A stretch of DNA of 64,000 nt from Acidobacteriota bacterium (GCA_963666055.2 CAXWPH010000015.1:96001-160000); one strand, 5' to 3'. Shown: positions 22,116 to 32,962, counted from the first letter of the stretch. Made by a program: numbers and translations. Notes: a model not told the origin generated them from the sequence alone.

Positions 22116-23225
22116 GTGACGATCGTGCGCGCCGTATTCCTCCTGGCCGTGATCCTCGGATTGCCCCGGGTTGCCGTGGCGCAGGGACCGCAGTACCCGA
22201 CCACCCCGAGAGGGCTCTACGAGATCGGTTGCGCGAGCTGTCATGCGCTTGACGGACGTGGCTTCGATCTGGAGAAGGTCGCTTTCAGCGACCCCCTACC
22301 CGACTTTACCGACTGCTCCTTCGGCGCGCGCGAGCCCGACGCCGACTGGATCACGGTGAGCCATCAGGGCGGCCCGTCGCGCGGCTTCAGCTCGAGCATG
22401 CCCGCCTTCGGTGAGGCCTTCTCGATGCAGCAGCTGCAGCTGATCATGGATCACCTGCGCACCTTCTGTACCGACAAGCGCTGGCCGCGTGGGGAGCTCA
22501 ATCTACCCCGGGCCCTGGTTACGGAGAAAGCGTTTCCGGAGGACGAGGCCGTCTACACGCTCGGCGTCAACACGAGCGGCGCCGGCGGCGTGCTCAACGA
22601 GATCACCTACGAGAAGCGCTTCGGACCGCGCAGCATGTGGGAGGTCATCGTGCCATTCGGCGCCCGCGAGCTCTCGGGCAAGGACGGCTGGGGCAACGTC
22701 GGTGTGGGCGATATCGCCGTCGCGGTGAAGCACACCGTTCACCATAGCGTCGAAAGCGGGTCCATCGCGGCGGTCGGCGGCGAGGTAATCCTGCCCACGG
22801 GCAGCACAGAACAGGGTCTCGGCACCGGGGTCACGAGATTCGAGCCCTTCGTCGCCTACGGCCAGATCCTGCCAAACAATCTGTTTCTGCAGCTTTTCGG
22901 GGCTGTGGAGCTCTCCACCGATCGCCAAAAGGTGTCCCACGAGGCGCTCTGGCGAGCGGTGGTCGGAGGAAGCTGGAGCCAGCGCGATTTCGGACGGACA
23001 TGGTCGCCGATGGTCGAAGTTCTCGGCAATATCGCGCTGACGGATGGTGCCAAGGTCGACTGGAGCTTGGTGCCGCAGCTGCAGATGTCGCTCAATCAGC
23101 GCCAGCACATACTGCTCAACGTCGGCGTTCGCCTGCCGCTGACCAACTCGCGCACGCGCGGCACCCAGTTGCTACTGTACGTGCTGTGGGACTGGTTCGA
23201 TGGCGGTCTTCTCGACGGCTGGTAA
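22116..23225 (+). CDS. Monoheme cytochrome c fused to a probable outer-membrane beta-barrel domain
   Basis: Signal peptide, CASCH heme motif, distal MPAFG, then amphipathic strands (GDIAVAVKH, GGEVILPTG, LNVGVRLP) ending in Trp. AGGAG RBS before the GTG at 22116. Confidence 0.7.
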   Translation: MTIVRAVFLLAVILGLPRVAVAQGPQYPTTPRGLYEIGCASCHALDGRGFDLEKVAFSDPLPDFTDCSFGAREPDADWITVSHQGGPSRGFSSSMPAFGEAFSMQQLQLIMDHLRTFCTDKRWPRGELNLPRALVTEKAFPEDEAVYTLGVNTSGAGGVLNEITYEKRFGPRSMWEVIVPFGARELSGKDGWGNVGVGDIAVAVKHTVHHSVESGSIAAVGGEVILPTGSTEQGLGTGVTRFEPFVAYGQILPNNLFLQLFGAVELSTDRQKVSHEALWRAVVGGSWSQRDFGRTWSPMVEVLGNIALTDGAKVDWSLVPQLQMSLNQRQHILLNVGVRLPLTNSRTRGTQLLLYVLWDWFDGGLLDGW

Positions 23226-23257
23226 GGACGCTCTGGTGAGCGTTCGCAGGCTCGTGC

Positions 23258-23983
23258 ATGGGTGCTTCGCGAAAATTCGTAGTGTTTGCGACGGTGCTCG
23301 TGTTCGTCGGCGCTGCGTTGCTGTCGAAGCCGGCAAAGGGAATCGGATCGGTCGAGGCGCCGGCGCAAGGCTCTGTCGCGGGGCACATAGCATTCACCGG
23401 CGTAGCGCCCGAACCGACGGCGGCGGCGTTGGCGGCCGATCCTTACTGTTCGTCGCAACACTCCGAAGCAATGATGCTCCGCCCGGTAGATGTCGGCGAT
23501 TCGGGCGGACTTCGCCACGTCGTCGTCTATCTGCGTGATGCCCGCGGCGGCGGCGGCAATGCGGAGGTCGTGTTCGATCAGAAGGGCTGCGTGTACACGC
23601 CCCACGTGCTGCGGGCCACCGTGGGTCAAACGGTGGTGTTTCGCAATAGCGACCAGACGTTGCACAGCATCCACGTGCGACCGACCGCCAGCCCCGAATT
23701 CAACGTTGGCCAGCCGCTCCAGGGCATGGAGACGCGGCGCGTCTTCAACAGCCCGGAGATCGGTATTCCGATTCGCTGCGACGTGCACCCGTGGATGACG
23801 GCGTTCCTGAGCGTGTTCGGCCATCCGTACCACGCCACCACCGACGACGACGGCAACTTCACCATCGACCAGATCCCGGATGGGTCATACGTCATCGAGG
23901 CGCGGCATGAAGTGCTAGGCACGCTAACCCGGGAGATCATCATCTCCGGCGGACGCACGACGGTGACGTTCGAGTTCAGCTGA
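23258..23983 (+). CDS. Exported cupredoxin-like protein with a C-terminal carboxypeptidase-regulatory-like domain
   Basis: DQKGCVYTPHV, NSDQTLHSIH, CDVHPWM (H...C-x2-H-x2-M), TDDDGNFTIDQIPDGSY. Confidence 0.75.
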   Translation: MGASRKFVVFATVLVFVGAALLSKPAKGIGSVEAPAQGSVAGHIAFTGVAPEPTAAALAADPYCSSQHSEAMMLRPVDVGDSGGLRHVVVYLRDARGGGGNAEVVFDQKGCVYTPHVLRATVGQTVVFRNSDQTLHSIHVRPTASPEFNVGQPLQGMETRRVFNSPEIGIPIRCDVHPWMTAFLSVFGHPYHATTDDDGNFTIDQIPDGSYVIEARHEVLGTLTREIIISGGRTTVTFEFS

Positions 23984-24077
23984 CCTCGAGCGGATCCTGC
24001 GCGGTTTGAAGCGGCATCACGAAACTAGACGTGCCAGAAGCTGTCCGCAGCGTGAGGGGGCGGCTTAGAATCGCCAC

Positions 24078-26378
24078 ATGTCCCGGTTCCGCTTGGCGCT
24101 ATTGCTGCTATTGGCCGGAAGCCCCATCGCTCCGGGGCTCGCCGAACCGTGGATTCAGCTCCCGGCAAACGCGGCGAGCCCCGCTGAAGGCGGCGGAAGA
24201 GTCGTCCGTGCTCTGGCTGCTCAACAGCAGCCGGTCTCCTCCGGCCACGCCAGCATGGTGGCGTTGCTGGCAGAAATCGGCCGCACGAAGCCCCTCGGCT
24301 TCCAAGAAGCAGCGGTTGTCGAAAGGCTGCGGAGGGAGCTCGCCGCAACGGTCGGCCGTGCCTCGTCGCTCGAGCGAGCGGCAAGGCTCAGCAGGCTCGG
24401 TGCGTTTGAGCTTCGTATCGATGTTCGTGGCGGAATCGAACGTCTCGAGCAGGTGGCCGAGTTGCTCCCGGGGCTGTCGGGCCCAGAACGGGCTTCGGTG
24501 GGACCGAACATCGACTTCTGGCTGGCAGTGGGGTATCTGCGCGAGGCGATGACATCGAACTGCGTGGGACTGCGTATCGACAACGGCTGTGTTCTCGCGG
24601 CCGGGCCATCCGGAGTGCATCGAGAGGTGGAGCCGGCCGAGGCGGCGCTAGGTCATCTGGTGCGGCTCCTGCGGAACACCCCGCCGCAGCATGCGCTTCA
24701 TCTCACCGCCAAATGGCTCGCCAACATCGCGTCCATGCAGCTTGGCCGATATCCGGGCGGCGTCCCCGAGGGATTGGCAATCAGCCCGACGGTGTTCGAA
24801 GCGGATGAAGGTTTTCCGCGCTTCGAGAACGTCGCCGCGCCGGCGGGCCTCGACACCTACGACCATGCCGGCGGCGCCATCGTCGACGACTTCGACAACG
24901 ACGGCTATCTCGACGTCGTGTCCTCGACGCTGGATTCTAACGGTCAGCTCCGCTTCTTCCGCAACCAGGGCGATGGCTCGTTTGCCGAGCTCACGGAAAG
25001 CGCAAACCTCGTCGGCATCTTCGGCGGGCTCAACATCAACCAAGCGGACTACGACAACGACGGTGATCTCGACGTCCTGGTGCTACGCGGCGCCTGGCTG
25101 GAGGCCGACGGACGCATGCCGAACTCGCTGCTACGCAACAACGGCGACCTGAGCTTCACCGACGTGACCTTCGAGGCCGGCCTGGCAGACCCTCGCTATC
25201 CGACGCAGACCGCCGGGTGGGCCGACTACGACAACGACGGCGACCTCGATCTGTTCGTGGGCAACGAGTCGAGCGATGCTCAGGTAAGCCCGTCACAGCT
25301 GTTCCGCAACAACGGCAACGGCACGTTCACCGACGTCGCGGAGAGCGCCGGCGTGCACAACCTGCGGCGCGCCAAGGGCGTCGCCTGGGGCGACTACAAC
25401 GGCGACCGCTTTGCCGACCTCTACGTATCGAACCTGGACGGCGACAACCGCCTTTACCGCAACGATCGCGACGGCACATTCACCGACGTGGCGCCCGAGC
25501 TCGGGGTTGTAGAGCCGATGTCGGGATTCTCGACCTGGTTCTGGGACGTCGATAACGACGGCGCTCTCGACTTGCTGGTGAACAACTACGGGGTTCCGGA
25601 CGGGCACCGGGGGCCGCGCGTCGCCCCGGCGGCGGCAAGCGTGATGCACGAAGCTGGTGCCACCAAGATTCCCCGCCTCTATCTGGGCGACGGCCAAGGC
25701 GGCTTCCGGGAGGTGGCGGTGCAATACGGCATCGGCCAGTCGACGTTGCCGATGGGCTCGAACTTCGGCGATCTCGACAACGACGGCTACCTGGACTACT
25801 TCCTCGGCACCGGCTACCCGGGCTACGAGGCTCTGCTGCCCAATGTGATGTACCGGAGCGTGCGCGGAGAGCGCTTCAGCAACGTCACCTATGCAGGTGG
25901 CTTCGGTCACCTCGCCAAGGGCCACGCGGTCGCCTTCGCCGATATTGACAACGACGGCGACCAGGACGTCTTCGAGCAACTCGGGGGCATCTATCCGCAG
26001 GACGCCTACTTCAACGCCCTGTACGAGAATCCCGGCTTCGGCAACCACTGGATCGCCATCAAGCTCGTCGGCACGCAATCGAACCGCGCCGCCATCGGTG
26101 CGCGCATCCGCCTCGAGGTCGAGTCAAACGGGCTCCGGCGCTCGATTTACCGACACATCGGCAGCGGTAGCAGCTTCGGCGCCAACCCGCTGCGTGCCGA
26201 AATCGGTCTGGGAGCAGCCTCGAGCGTGGAACTCCTCGAGGTCTACTGGCCGACCAGCGGACAGACGCAGACCTTTCATGATGTGCTCGCCGACCGATTC
26301 ATCCGTATCACCGAGAGCAACGATCGGATCGAGGAGATGGCACGGCGCTCTTTCAAGCTCGGCAGCAGCGAGCGCTGA
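24078..26378 (+). CDS. CRTAC1-family protein (FG-GAP repeats plus ASPIC/UnbV domain)
   Basis: Repeated D-Y/F-DNDG-x-LD motifs, C-terminal SNRAAIGARI...IGLG...VYWP. TAGAAT lies 6 nt before the ATG (possibly leaderless). Confidence 0.9.
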   Translation: MSRFRLALLLLLAGSPIAPGLAEPWIQLPANAASPAEGGGRVVRALAAQQQPVSSGHASMVALLAEIGRTKPLGFQEAAVVERLRRELAATVGRASSLERAARLSRLGAFELRIDVRGGIERLEQVAELLPGLSGPERASVGPNIDFWLAVGYLREAMTSNCVGLRIDNGCVLAAGPSGVHREVEPAEAALGHLVRLLRNTPPQHALHLTAKWLANIASMQLGRYPGGVPEGLAISPTVFEADEGFPRFENVAAPAGLDTYDHAGGAIVDDFDNDGYLDVVSSTLDSNGQLRFFRNQGDGSFAELTESANLVGIFGGLNINQADYDNDGDLDVLVLRGAWLEADGRMPNSLLRNNGDLSFTDVTFEAGLADPRYPTQTAGWADYDNDGDLDLFVGNESSDAQVSPSQLFRNNGNGTFTDVAESAGVHNLRRAKGVAWGDYNGDRFADLYVSNLDGDNRLYRNDRDGTFTDVAPELGVVEPMSGFSTWFWDVDNDGALDLLVNNYGVPDGHRGPRVAPAAASVMHEAGATKIPRLYLGDGQGGFREVAVQYGIGQSTLPMGSNFGDLDNDGYLDYFLGTGYPGYEALLPNVMYRSVRGERFSNVTYAGGFGHLAKGHAVAFADIDNDGDQDVFEQLGGIYPQDAYFNALYENPGFGNHWIAIKLVGTQSNRAAIGARIRLEVESNGLRRSIYRHIGSGSSFGANPLRAEIGLGAASSVELLEVYWPTSGQTQTFHDVLADRFIRITESNDRIEEMARRSFKLGSSER

Positions 26379-26391
26379 GCTGCGGGCGGGC

Positions 26392-27635
26392 CTACGGCTC
26401 CGCTTTGCCCAACTCCTCGTCGTACAGCTCCTCCTCGTACACGCTCGACGCCGTCTGCACCGACGCCAGGGCATCGGTGAACGCGGCTCGCTCCGACGGC
26501 GGCGCACGCCGTAGCGTACGGAACATCAGGTAGACGCCGAAGATGACGTTGACACAGCCGGTAAACAGGTAGAGGCTCCCGGGCGCCAGCCAGGTCATCA
26601 TTGCGGAGGCAATGAAGGGCCCGATGACCGCTCCGATTCCGTACATCAGCAACAGGCCGCTCGAGACCGGGACGTACTCGTCGGGCTCGGCATAGTCGTT
26701 GGCGTGGGCCGCCGATATCGAGTACATGGGGAAGGACACGGCTCCCCAGACGGCTGCGAGCCCGATGATGCCCAGCATCGTTAGCTGCTGCGCCATGAGC
26801 CACATTGCCGCACCGGTGGCGGCCGCCACAAGCGTGATCACCGCCAGCACCAGGCGTCGATCAACACGATCAGACCAGCGGCCGAGAGGCCACTGACCGA
26901 CGGCACCGCCAAGCACGCTGGCGGTCATGAACCACGCCGCCAGGCCCACATCAGACGAATACGCGGCGGTAAATACTGGCGCCAGCGACCAGAACGCGCC
27001 GGCGGAGAATCCGGCAGCAAGAGCGCCGGTCATGCCGGCCGGAGAAAGCCTGTACAGAGACGGGATGTCGAGCTTGACGGAAACGGGCTGCGGCGGCGTG
27101 GAGGAACTGGAGAGCACCACCGGCACAGCGGCCAACGAGACCAGCGCCGAAGCGATCGCGAACAGCGCCATGCGATGCGGATCGTAGAGCAGTAGCATCT
27201 GCGCCCGACGGCGAGAACAGTCAGGGTGATCAGGACATAGAACACCGTGCCCCGCGTCTCATTGGTAGCGTGCTCGTTGAGCCAGCTCTCGATAACCACG
27301 TACAGCACCGCAAAGCAGTAGCCGGAGACCACCCGCAACACCGTCCACGTCCAGACGACCGTCCAAAGTCCGTGCAACAGCGGCACCGCAGAGGCCATCG
27401 CGGTCATCGCAGCGAATACCCGAACGTGGCCCACCCGGCGCACCAGGTCGCCGCCGCGCAAGCAGCCAAAGGTGAACCCCAGGAAATACGCCCCACCCAT
27501 CAGGCCGATGGACACGGTCGAGAAATGCTCGAGCGACGCCCTGACGGGAATCAGCACGCTTTGCAGGCCCTGGCCAGCGAGCAGAATCGCCACACCGAAC
27601 AGCAACGTTGCAACAGGAGCGATAGCGCGAATCAA
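26392..27635 (-). CDS. MFS transporter (YcaD-like), frameshifted near 27204-27206
   Basis: The N-half (27030-27635 frame: VGHVRVFA, VIESWLN) and C-half (26392-27198: QWPLGRWSDRVDRR, AHAND) join with one extra base. Confidence 0.8.
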
Positions 27636-27638
27636 AGC

Positions 27639-27890
27639 TCAACCGTGCCGGTCGTGACTCTCTTCGTATTTGCGCTGCTCGATGGCGCGATCCGTGGCGA
27701 GCGCCCGGTCACGCTTCTTGGCGGCTCGCATGGCCATGCGGTGTGTGCCTTCGGAGTGCACCGATGGCGAGGAGATCAAGCGCTCGAGGTCTCGGCTTGC
27801 GCAGGACGGGCACTCGAGCGTCGTGTTCACCAACACGAGGATCTCGAAGCTGTCGCTACATGCATTGCAGGAGTATTCGTAGATCGGCAT
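27639..27890 (-). CDS. FmdB-family zinc-ribbon protein
   Basis: MPIYEYSCNAC...FE...CPSC...LERLIS. Confidence 0.88.
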   Translation of the reverse strand: MPIYEYSCNACSDSFEILVLVNTTLECPSCASRDLERLISSPSVHSEGTHRMAMRAAKKRDRALATDRAIEQRKYEESHDRHG

Positions 27891-28006
27891 CGTCGGCTCC
27901 CGTCCTTCAATCCTCCGATTCTCGCACGTTGCGTGATCGGCGGCGGGTGTCGCAGTGCCACCTCCTTCACGCTCTCTCCGGCGTCGAGTCCGGCTCCCTC
28001 CGGCGG

Positions 28007-29044
28007 TTACTGGAAAGCCGGCATTACCTCATCGATGAACAGTCGTAACGACGTCTTCTGCTCCGGCATCGGGCAGCCGTAGCTGGCGCAGTAACAGAAG
28101 TAGTCGACACCGAGCGCCTCGTAGGGTCTCAGCTTCTCGATCACCTGGTCGGGAGACCCGAAGATAAGGTTCTCGAGCAACACCTCGGGCTCGTACTCGG
28201 CGCGGTTCCTGAGCTTCTCGAACGGCACCGCCTCGGGGAATCCCTCTACCACCGGCGCTAGCTGCCCGAACAGGTTCTCGAACTGGCCCCCCTGCAGGAT
28301 AACCGCATTGACATACGTGTCGGCGTCCTCGGGCCGCTCGTAGACGGCGGCGTGGCGCATGGTCATGAAGCGAGGTCGCTCTGCTTCAGGATGGTTGGCC
28401 AGTGCATCCTCGAAGCGACCCATGTAGGCCTCGACCTCGGCAAACGGGCGCGTCAGCGCCCAGGTCATCACACTGCAATTATTTTTGACCGCCGAATCGA
28501 AGGTCGACGGGTGGCGCGCCGCCACCCACAGCGGAGGATGCGGCTTCTGCAGCGGCTTGGGGCACGACGTGGTGGCGGGAAACGACCAGTACTCTCCCTC
28601 ATGCGCGTAGTCACCCTGCCACAGGGCCCTCAGCGCCGGCATCATCTCGAGCATCATCGGTACGCCCTGATTCAGGTCGATGCCATCGATAATGCGATCG
28701 AACTCGCGCTGGTAGGCGCCCTTGCCGATGCCGAGCTCCAGGCGACCGCCGGAGAGCAGATCGATCATCGCCGCCTCACCGGCCAGCTTGATCGGATGCC
28801 AGTAGGGGGCGACGACCACGGCGGTGCCGAGGCGAATGCGTGAGGTGTGGGCGGCAAAGTGCGCCAGCAGCTGGAAGGGGCCTGGGGCGATAGTCATCTC
28901 GATGGCGTGGTGCTCGGCGGCCCAGACAATGTCGAAGCCACCGACATCCGCCATCTGCACCATCTCGGTGACGTGACGCGCCACTTCGCGCATGTCCTCG
29001 TCCGGGTGCATGCGCTCCATGTTGATCACCAGGGTAAATCGCAC
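28007..29044 (-). CDS. Luciferase-like (LLM) flavin-dependent oxidoreductase
   Basis: WAAEHH, TSRIRLGTAV, DLLSGGRLELGIG.G, PKPLQKPHPPLWVA. Confidence 0.9.
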   Translation of the reverse strand: MRFTLVINMERMHPDEDMREVARHVTEMVQMADVGGFDIVWAAEHHAIEMTIAPGPFQLLAHFAAHTSRIRLGTAVVVAPYWHPIKLAGEAAMIDLLSGGRLELGIGKGAYQREFDRIIDGIDLNQGVPMMLEMMPALRALWQGDYAHEGEYWSFPATTSCPKPLQKPHPPLWVAARHPSTFDSAVKNNCSVMTWALTRPFAEVEAYMGRFEDALANHPEAERPRFMTMRHAAVYERPEDADTYVNAVILQGGQFENLFGQLAPVVEGFPEAVPFEKLRNRAEYEPEVLLENLIFGSPDQVIEKLRPYEALGVDYFCYCASYGCPMPEQKTSLRLFIDEVMPAFQ

Positions 29045-29108
29045 CTATGTCCCTCCGACTGTGGCAGAAACCGATCGAGCCACCAGCACCGATCCGCCTG
29101 ACTCGAGC

Positions 29109-30491
29109 CTACCGCGGGCGGGTGACGTTACCGGCAGCTCTGTAGCCGGGATCGGTTGAAGGGTCGAATTCGAGCTGCTGGCGATCAACGATCCTGCCGC
29201 CTTGCAGGAGCACCGCGATGTTCCGCGTATCGCCGATGTTGGCGGCGGGATCGCCATCGACGATCAATACGTCGGCGCGCTTACCTGGCTCGAGGGTGCC
29301 CCAGTCATCCGCCTGCATCAGCGCCGCAGCGTTGCGCGTCGCCGTGGAGATTGCCTGCAGGGGAGTCAGCCCCGCCTCCACCAGCAGCTCCAGCTCGCGA
29401 TGCAGACCCTCGCCGAAGAACAGGCCCGGGGCCGGGGTGTCGGTACCCGCCACCAGCAGTATCCCGGCGTCGAACATGCGCTTGGCGTTGCGCAGCCGCA
29501 GGCGCCGCGATTCGGCACCGCCGCTGCCATAGGAGGTTCCTTGCCCACGCATGACAACATCGGTAAGCGGCTCGAACACCCAGGGCGGAGTAACCGCACC
29601 CACCAAGGGCGCTGCGGCGAAGTCGCCACCGCGCTCCTGCCATCGCAGCCGTGAGTCCGACAGCGTAGCGGTGGTGATGGTTGCTATACCCTCTCGAACC
29701 ATTACCTCGATCGCTTCGTCGGTGACCTCCCCAAAACCCAGGTGTGCGAACGCGGTGATCCCCGTTGCCGCCGATCCGGCAGAGCCGTTGCGTCGCCCTA
29801 CATCCACAATGACCGGAAGATCTTCCTGCGCCGCCGCCTCCACCAGGTGCACCAACATCTCGTCGGCAAGCCCGCCGTACCCCTTGATGACATGAGCGCC
29901 GGCGGCCTTGAGCTTGCGCACGTAGCCCTGCATCTGGGATACCGACGAGATGGCGTAGGAGATCTCGGGCCACGATGGCTCCGGGCCGTCGAGAATGGGA
30001 CCGGCGAAGTACACCCGCGGGCCCTGCAGCCGCCCGGCTCGAATCTCGTCGTGGATCTGCTTGATATGCGGTCCCACGTCACCCAGCGTCAGCACGGTGG
30101 TGACCCCGGCGTAGAGGTGCGCGTTGAGATAGCGCTGGAAACCGAGCAGGTCCGCTGTCGTACCGTCCCAGCCACCCTGTCCCAGATGGACATGCATGTC
30201 TGCCAGGCCCGGCAGGGCCGTCTGCCCCGTTGCGTCGATGATGTGGGCGCCGTCGGGCACCGGAGTCGAGCTCGCCGGCCCGACCGCTTCGATACGCTCG
30301 CCGCGGATCACGATGACGCCATCCGCCACCGGCTCGCCACCGTTGCCATCGATAATGCGTGCGCCGGTGATCGCGGTGACGTCAGACTGGGACGCCGCAC
30401 CGTTGTCGACCTCAGCACAGCCCGCCGCCGGCAATATCAGTGCTGTCAGCGCGATCAGGACAAGCAGCCGTCGCTCACGCGGTGCGCTCAT
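29109..30491 (-). CDS. Amidohydrolase family protein, probable lipoprotein
   Basis: Lipobox-like AAGC, PGLADMHVH, AGTD, GTLEPGKRADVLIV.GDP. Confidence 0.85.
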   Translation of the reverse strand: MSAPRERRLLVLIALTALILPAAGCAEVDNGAASQSDVTAITGARIIDGNGGEPVADGVIVIRGERIEAVGPASSTPVPDGAHIIDATGQTALPGLADMHVHLGQGGWDGTTADLLGFQRYLNAHLYAGVTTVLTLGDVGPHIKQIHDEIRAGRLQGPRVYFAGPILDGPEPSWPEISYAISSVSQMQGYVRKLKAAGAHVIKGYGGLADEMLVHLVEAAAQEDLPVIVDVGRRNGSAGSAATGITAFAHLGFGEVTDEAIEVMVREGIATITTATLSDSRLRWQERGGDFAAAPLVGAVTPPWVFEPLTDVVMRGQGTSYGSGGAESRRLRLRNAKRMFDAGILLVAGTDTPAPGLFFGEGLHRELELLVEAGLTPLQAISTATRNAAALMQADDWGTLEPGKRADVLIVDGDPAANIGDTRNIAVLLQGGRIVDRQQLEFDPSTDPGYRAAGNVTRPR

Positions 30492-30656
30492 TGGTCATTT
30501 CGCCTCGTAATAGTGGGCCGCCGGGTGCAGCGTCGGCACTCAAACACAGGCCACGCGTTTTCGCCAGACGTCCCCTATTGCTACCGCAGATTGCCACCCC
30601 TCGCGGTGGGAGCTGCTCCCGAAGTACGGTAGATCGCTATTCCATCCAGGAGACCG

Positions 30657-31484
30657 ATGACAGATTCCATCGCCGGCAACACCGCAGACACCGCCTACGA
30701 GGTGACCGGCTCAGGCTCGGTGGTGGTGTTGATCCATGGCGTCGGTCTCGACCGCGAGATGTGGAGGCCGCTGGCGACCCGGCTCGTCCATAGACACACG
30801 ATCGTCCGCTACGATCTGGCGGGTCACGGCGAGTCGGGGTCGGGCGCGCTTGGCATCAGCCTTGCCGGGTTCGCCGACCAGCTCGAGCAGCTGCTCGACG
30901 ATTTGAGTCTGCACCGCGTCGCGCTCGCCGGATTCTCTCTCGGTGCGTTGGTCGCCCGCCGGTTTGCGCTGACCCACCCAGACAAGCTGACTCGCTTGAT
31001 TCTGATCAGCAGCGTCTTCCGGCGTCGGCCCGCGCAGATCGCCGCCGTGCAATCGAGGCTTGACCAGGCCACCGAGGACGGGCCCGACAGCATCATCGAC
31101 GCTGCGATAGCCCGCTGGTTCACGCCGGCGTTCATGGCACGCGAGCCTGCAGCGATCGATCGGGTGCGGGCTCGACTGCAACGCAACAACCGCCAAGACT
31201 TCCTCGCCGCCTACCGGATATTCGCCGAGCCCGATCGCACCGCGAGCGAAGACCTGCGCCGCATCAGCTGCCCGGCTCTGGTGACCACCGGCGCCCTCGA
31301 CTGCGGATCGACGCCGGACATGGCCAGGGCACTCGCGGCAGCGCTCGGCAACGGCCGCGCCGTGATCCTGCCCGACCTGGCGCACATGGCTCCCGTCGAG
31401 GGCGCCGATGCGATGGCCGAGTTGGTGCTCGACTTCCTGAACGAACATGCTTCCGACCTGTACCTCCTGCCTGAAGAGGAATGA
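30657..31484 (+). CDS. Alpha/beta hydrolase (PcaD-like)
   Basis: LIHGVG, GFSLG nucleophile elbow, D in GALD, H in LAHM. Confidence 0.85.
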   Translation: MTDSIAGNTADTAYEVTGSGSVVVLIHGVGLDREMWRPLATRLVHRHTIVRYDLAGHGESGSGALGISLAGFADQLEQLLDDLSLHRVALAGFSLGALVARRFALTHPDKLTRLILISSVFRRRPAQIAAVQSRLDQATEDGPDSIIDAAIARWFTPAFMAREPAAIDRVRARLQRNNRQDFLAAYRIFAEPDRTASEDLRRISCPALVTTGALDCGSTPDMARALAAALGNGRAVILPDLAHMAPVEGADAMAELVLDFLNEHASDLYLLPEEE

Positions 31485-32962
31485 CTCCAGTGGAATTCAA
31501 GCTATTTATCGACGGCGCGTTTTGCGAGGCGGCGGACGGCGCTCGATTCGAGAGCCTCGATCCGGCACACGAGACAGTCTGGGCGACCGCGCCAGAGGCC
31601 GGTGAGGAGGATGTCGACCGCGCCGTCGCTGCGGCCAGGAGCGCCCTCACCACAGGACCCTGGGCTGCGATGACCGCTACCGAACGCGGCCACCTCCTGC
31701 GCCGGCTCGGCGACTTGCTGATCGAGCGGTCCTCCGAGTTCGCCGAGATCGAGACCAGAGACACCGGCAAGATCATTCGCGAGACCGCTGGTCAGGCTGC
31801 CTATATGGCGAGCTACTACCACTACTTCGGGGGTATGGCGGACAAGATCGAGGGCGCCGTCCTGCCAATCGACAAGCCCGACATGATCACCATGACGGTG
31901 CGCGAGCCGCTCGGCGTGGTGGCCGCCATAATCCCCTGGAACGGGCAGATTCTCCTCACAGCATCCAAGCTCGCGCCGGCGCTGGCGGCAGGCAACACCG
32001 TTGTGCTCAAGGCGTCGGAGGAGGGGCCGGCGACGCTGCTGAAATTCGCCGAGCTGATCGACGCGGCGGGGTTTCCACCGGGGGTGGTCAACATCATCAC
32101 CGGCTTCGGTGAGCGTTGCGGTAAGCGGTTAACCAGCCACCCCGACATCGCGCGGGTGGCGTTCACCGGCGGCACCGAGACCGCTCGTCACATAGTACGC
32201 AACACGGCCGAAAACCTAGCCACACTATCGCTGGAGCTGGGCGGCAAGTCACCGCTGATCGTTTTCGACGACGCCGATCTGGACAGCGCCGCGAACGGTG
32301 TCGTGGCGGGCGTGTTCGGCGCTGCCGGCCAGTCGTGCGTCGCGAGCTCGCGCCTGTTGGTTCACGAGAGTGTCCACGACGAGCTGATGGCACGGCTGAT
32401 ACCAACCGCGGAGTCGATCCGCATCGGTGATCCTCTCGACCACGCCACCGAGATGGGCCCACTTTGTACGGCGCGACAACGCGACCGTATAGAGAGGCTC
32501 GTTGCCGACACGATCGCCAGCGGCGGCACGCTGTTGACCGGCGGAAGGCGTCCTCCCGATCAGCCGAAAGGGTTTTATTGGCAACCGACGATCATCGCTT
32601 GCCCGCACGACGGCCTCCCGACCTTCGAAGAGGAGCTCTTCGGCCCGGTGCTGAGCGTGCGCAAGTTCGCCGACGAGGCCGAGGCGATCGAGATCGCCAA
32701 CAGCAGCCGCTTCGCGCTGGCCGGCGGTGCGTTTACTCGCGACATCGGTCGCGCTCTGCGCGTCGGCCGTGCGCTTTCGAGCGGCATCGCCTACATCAAC
32801 ACCTGGCGCGTCGTGTCGCCCATCGCTCCGTTCGGAGGCAATCAGCACTCGGGCTTCGGTCGCGAAGGAGGCAGCGACGCGATTCGCGACTACACGCGCG
32901 TCAAGACCATCTGGATCAACATCTCGGACACGCCGATGGCCGATCCGTTCATAATGCGCTAG
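31481..32962 (+). CDS. NAD(P)-dependent aldehyde dehydrogenase
   Basis: PWN, FTGG, LELGGKSP, GQSCVA, EELFGPV, PFGG. Confidence 0.95.
   Translation: MTPVEFKLFIDGAFCEAADGARFESLDPAHETVWATAPEAGEEDVDRAVAAARSALTTGPWAAMTATERGHLLRRLGDLLIERSSEFAEIETRDTGKIIRETAGQAAYMASYYHYFGGMADKIEGAVLPIDKPDMITMTVREPLGVVAAIIPWNGQILLTASKLAPALAAGNTVVLKASEEGPATLLKFAELIDAAGFPPGVVNIITGFGERCGKRLTSHPDIARVAFTGGTETARHIVRNTAENLATLSLELGGKSPLIVFDDADLDSAANGVVAGVFGAAGQSCVASSRLLVHESVHDELMARLIPTAESIRIGDPLDHATEMGPLCTARQRDRIERLVADTIASGGTLLTGGRRPPDQPKGFYWQPTIIACPHDGLPTFEEELFGPVLSVRKFADEAEAIEIANSSRFALAGGAFTRDIGRALRVGRALSSGIAYINTWRVVSPIAPFGGNQHSGFGREGGSDAIRDYTRVKTIWINISDTPMADPFIMR

Noticed and set aside
19747-22119. 790-aa plus-strand ORF, and similar long antisense ORFs (49076-51427, 10466-11827)
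   Set aside because: Shadow frames opposite well-supported genes in high-GC DNA, with no recognisable motifs.
24880-25970. Recurrent GACAACGACGGC nucleotide repeats
   Set aside because: They encode the DNDG motifs of FG-GAP repeats, so they are protein-level repeats.
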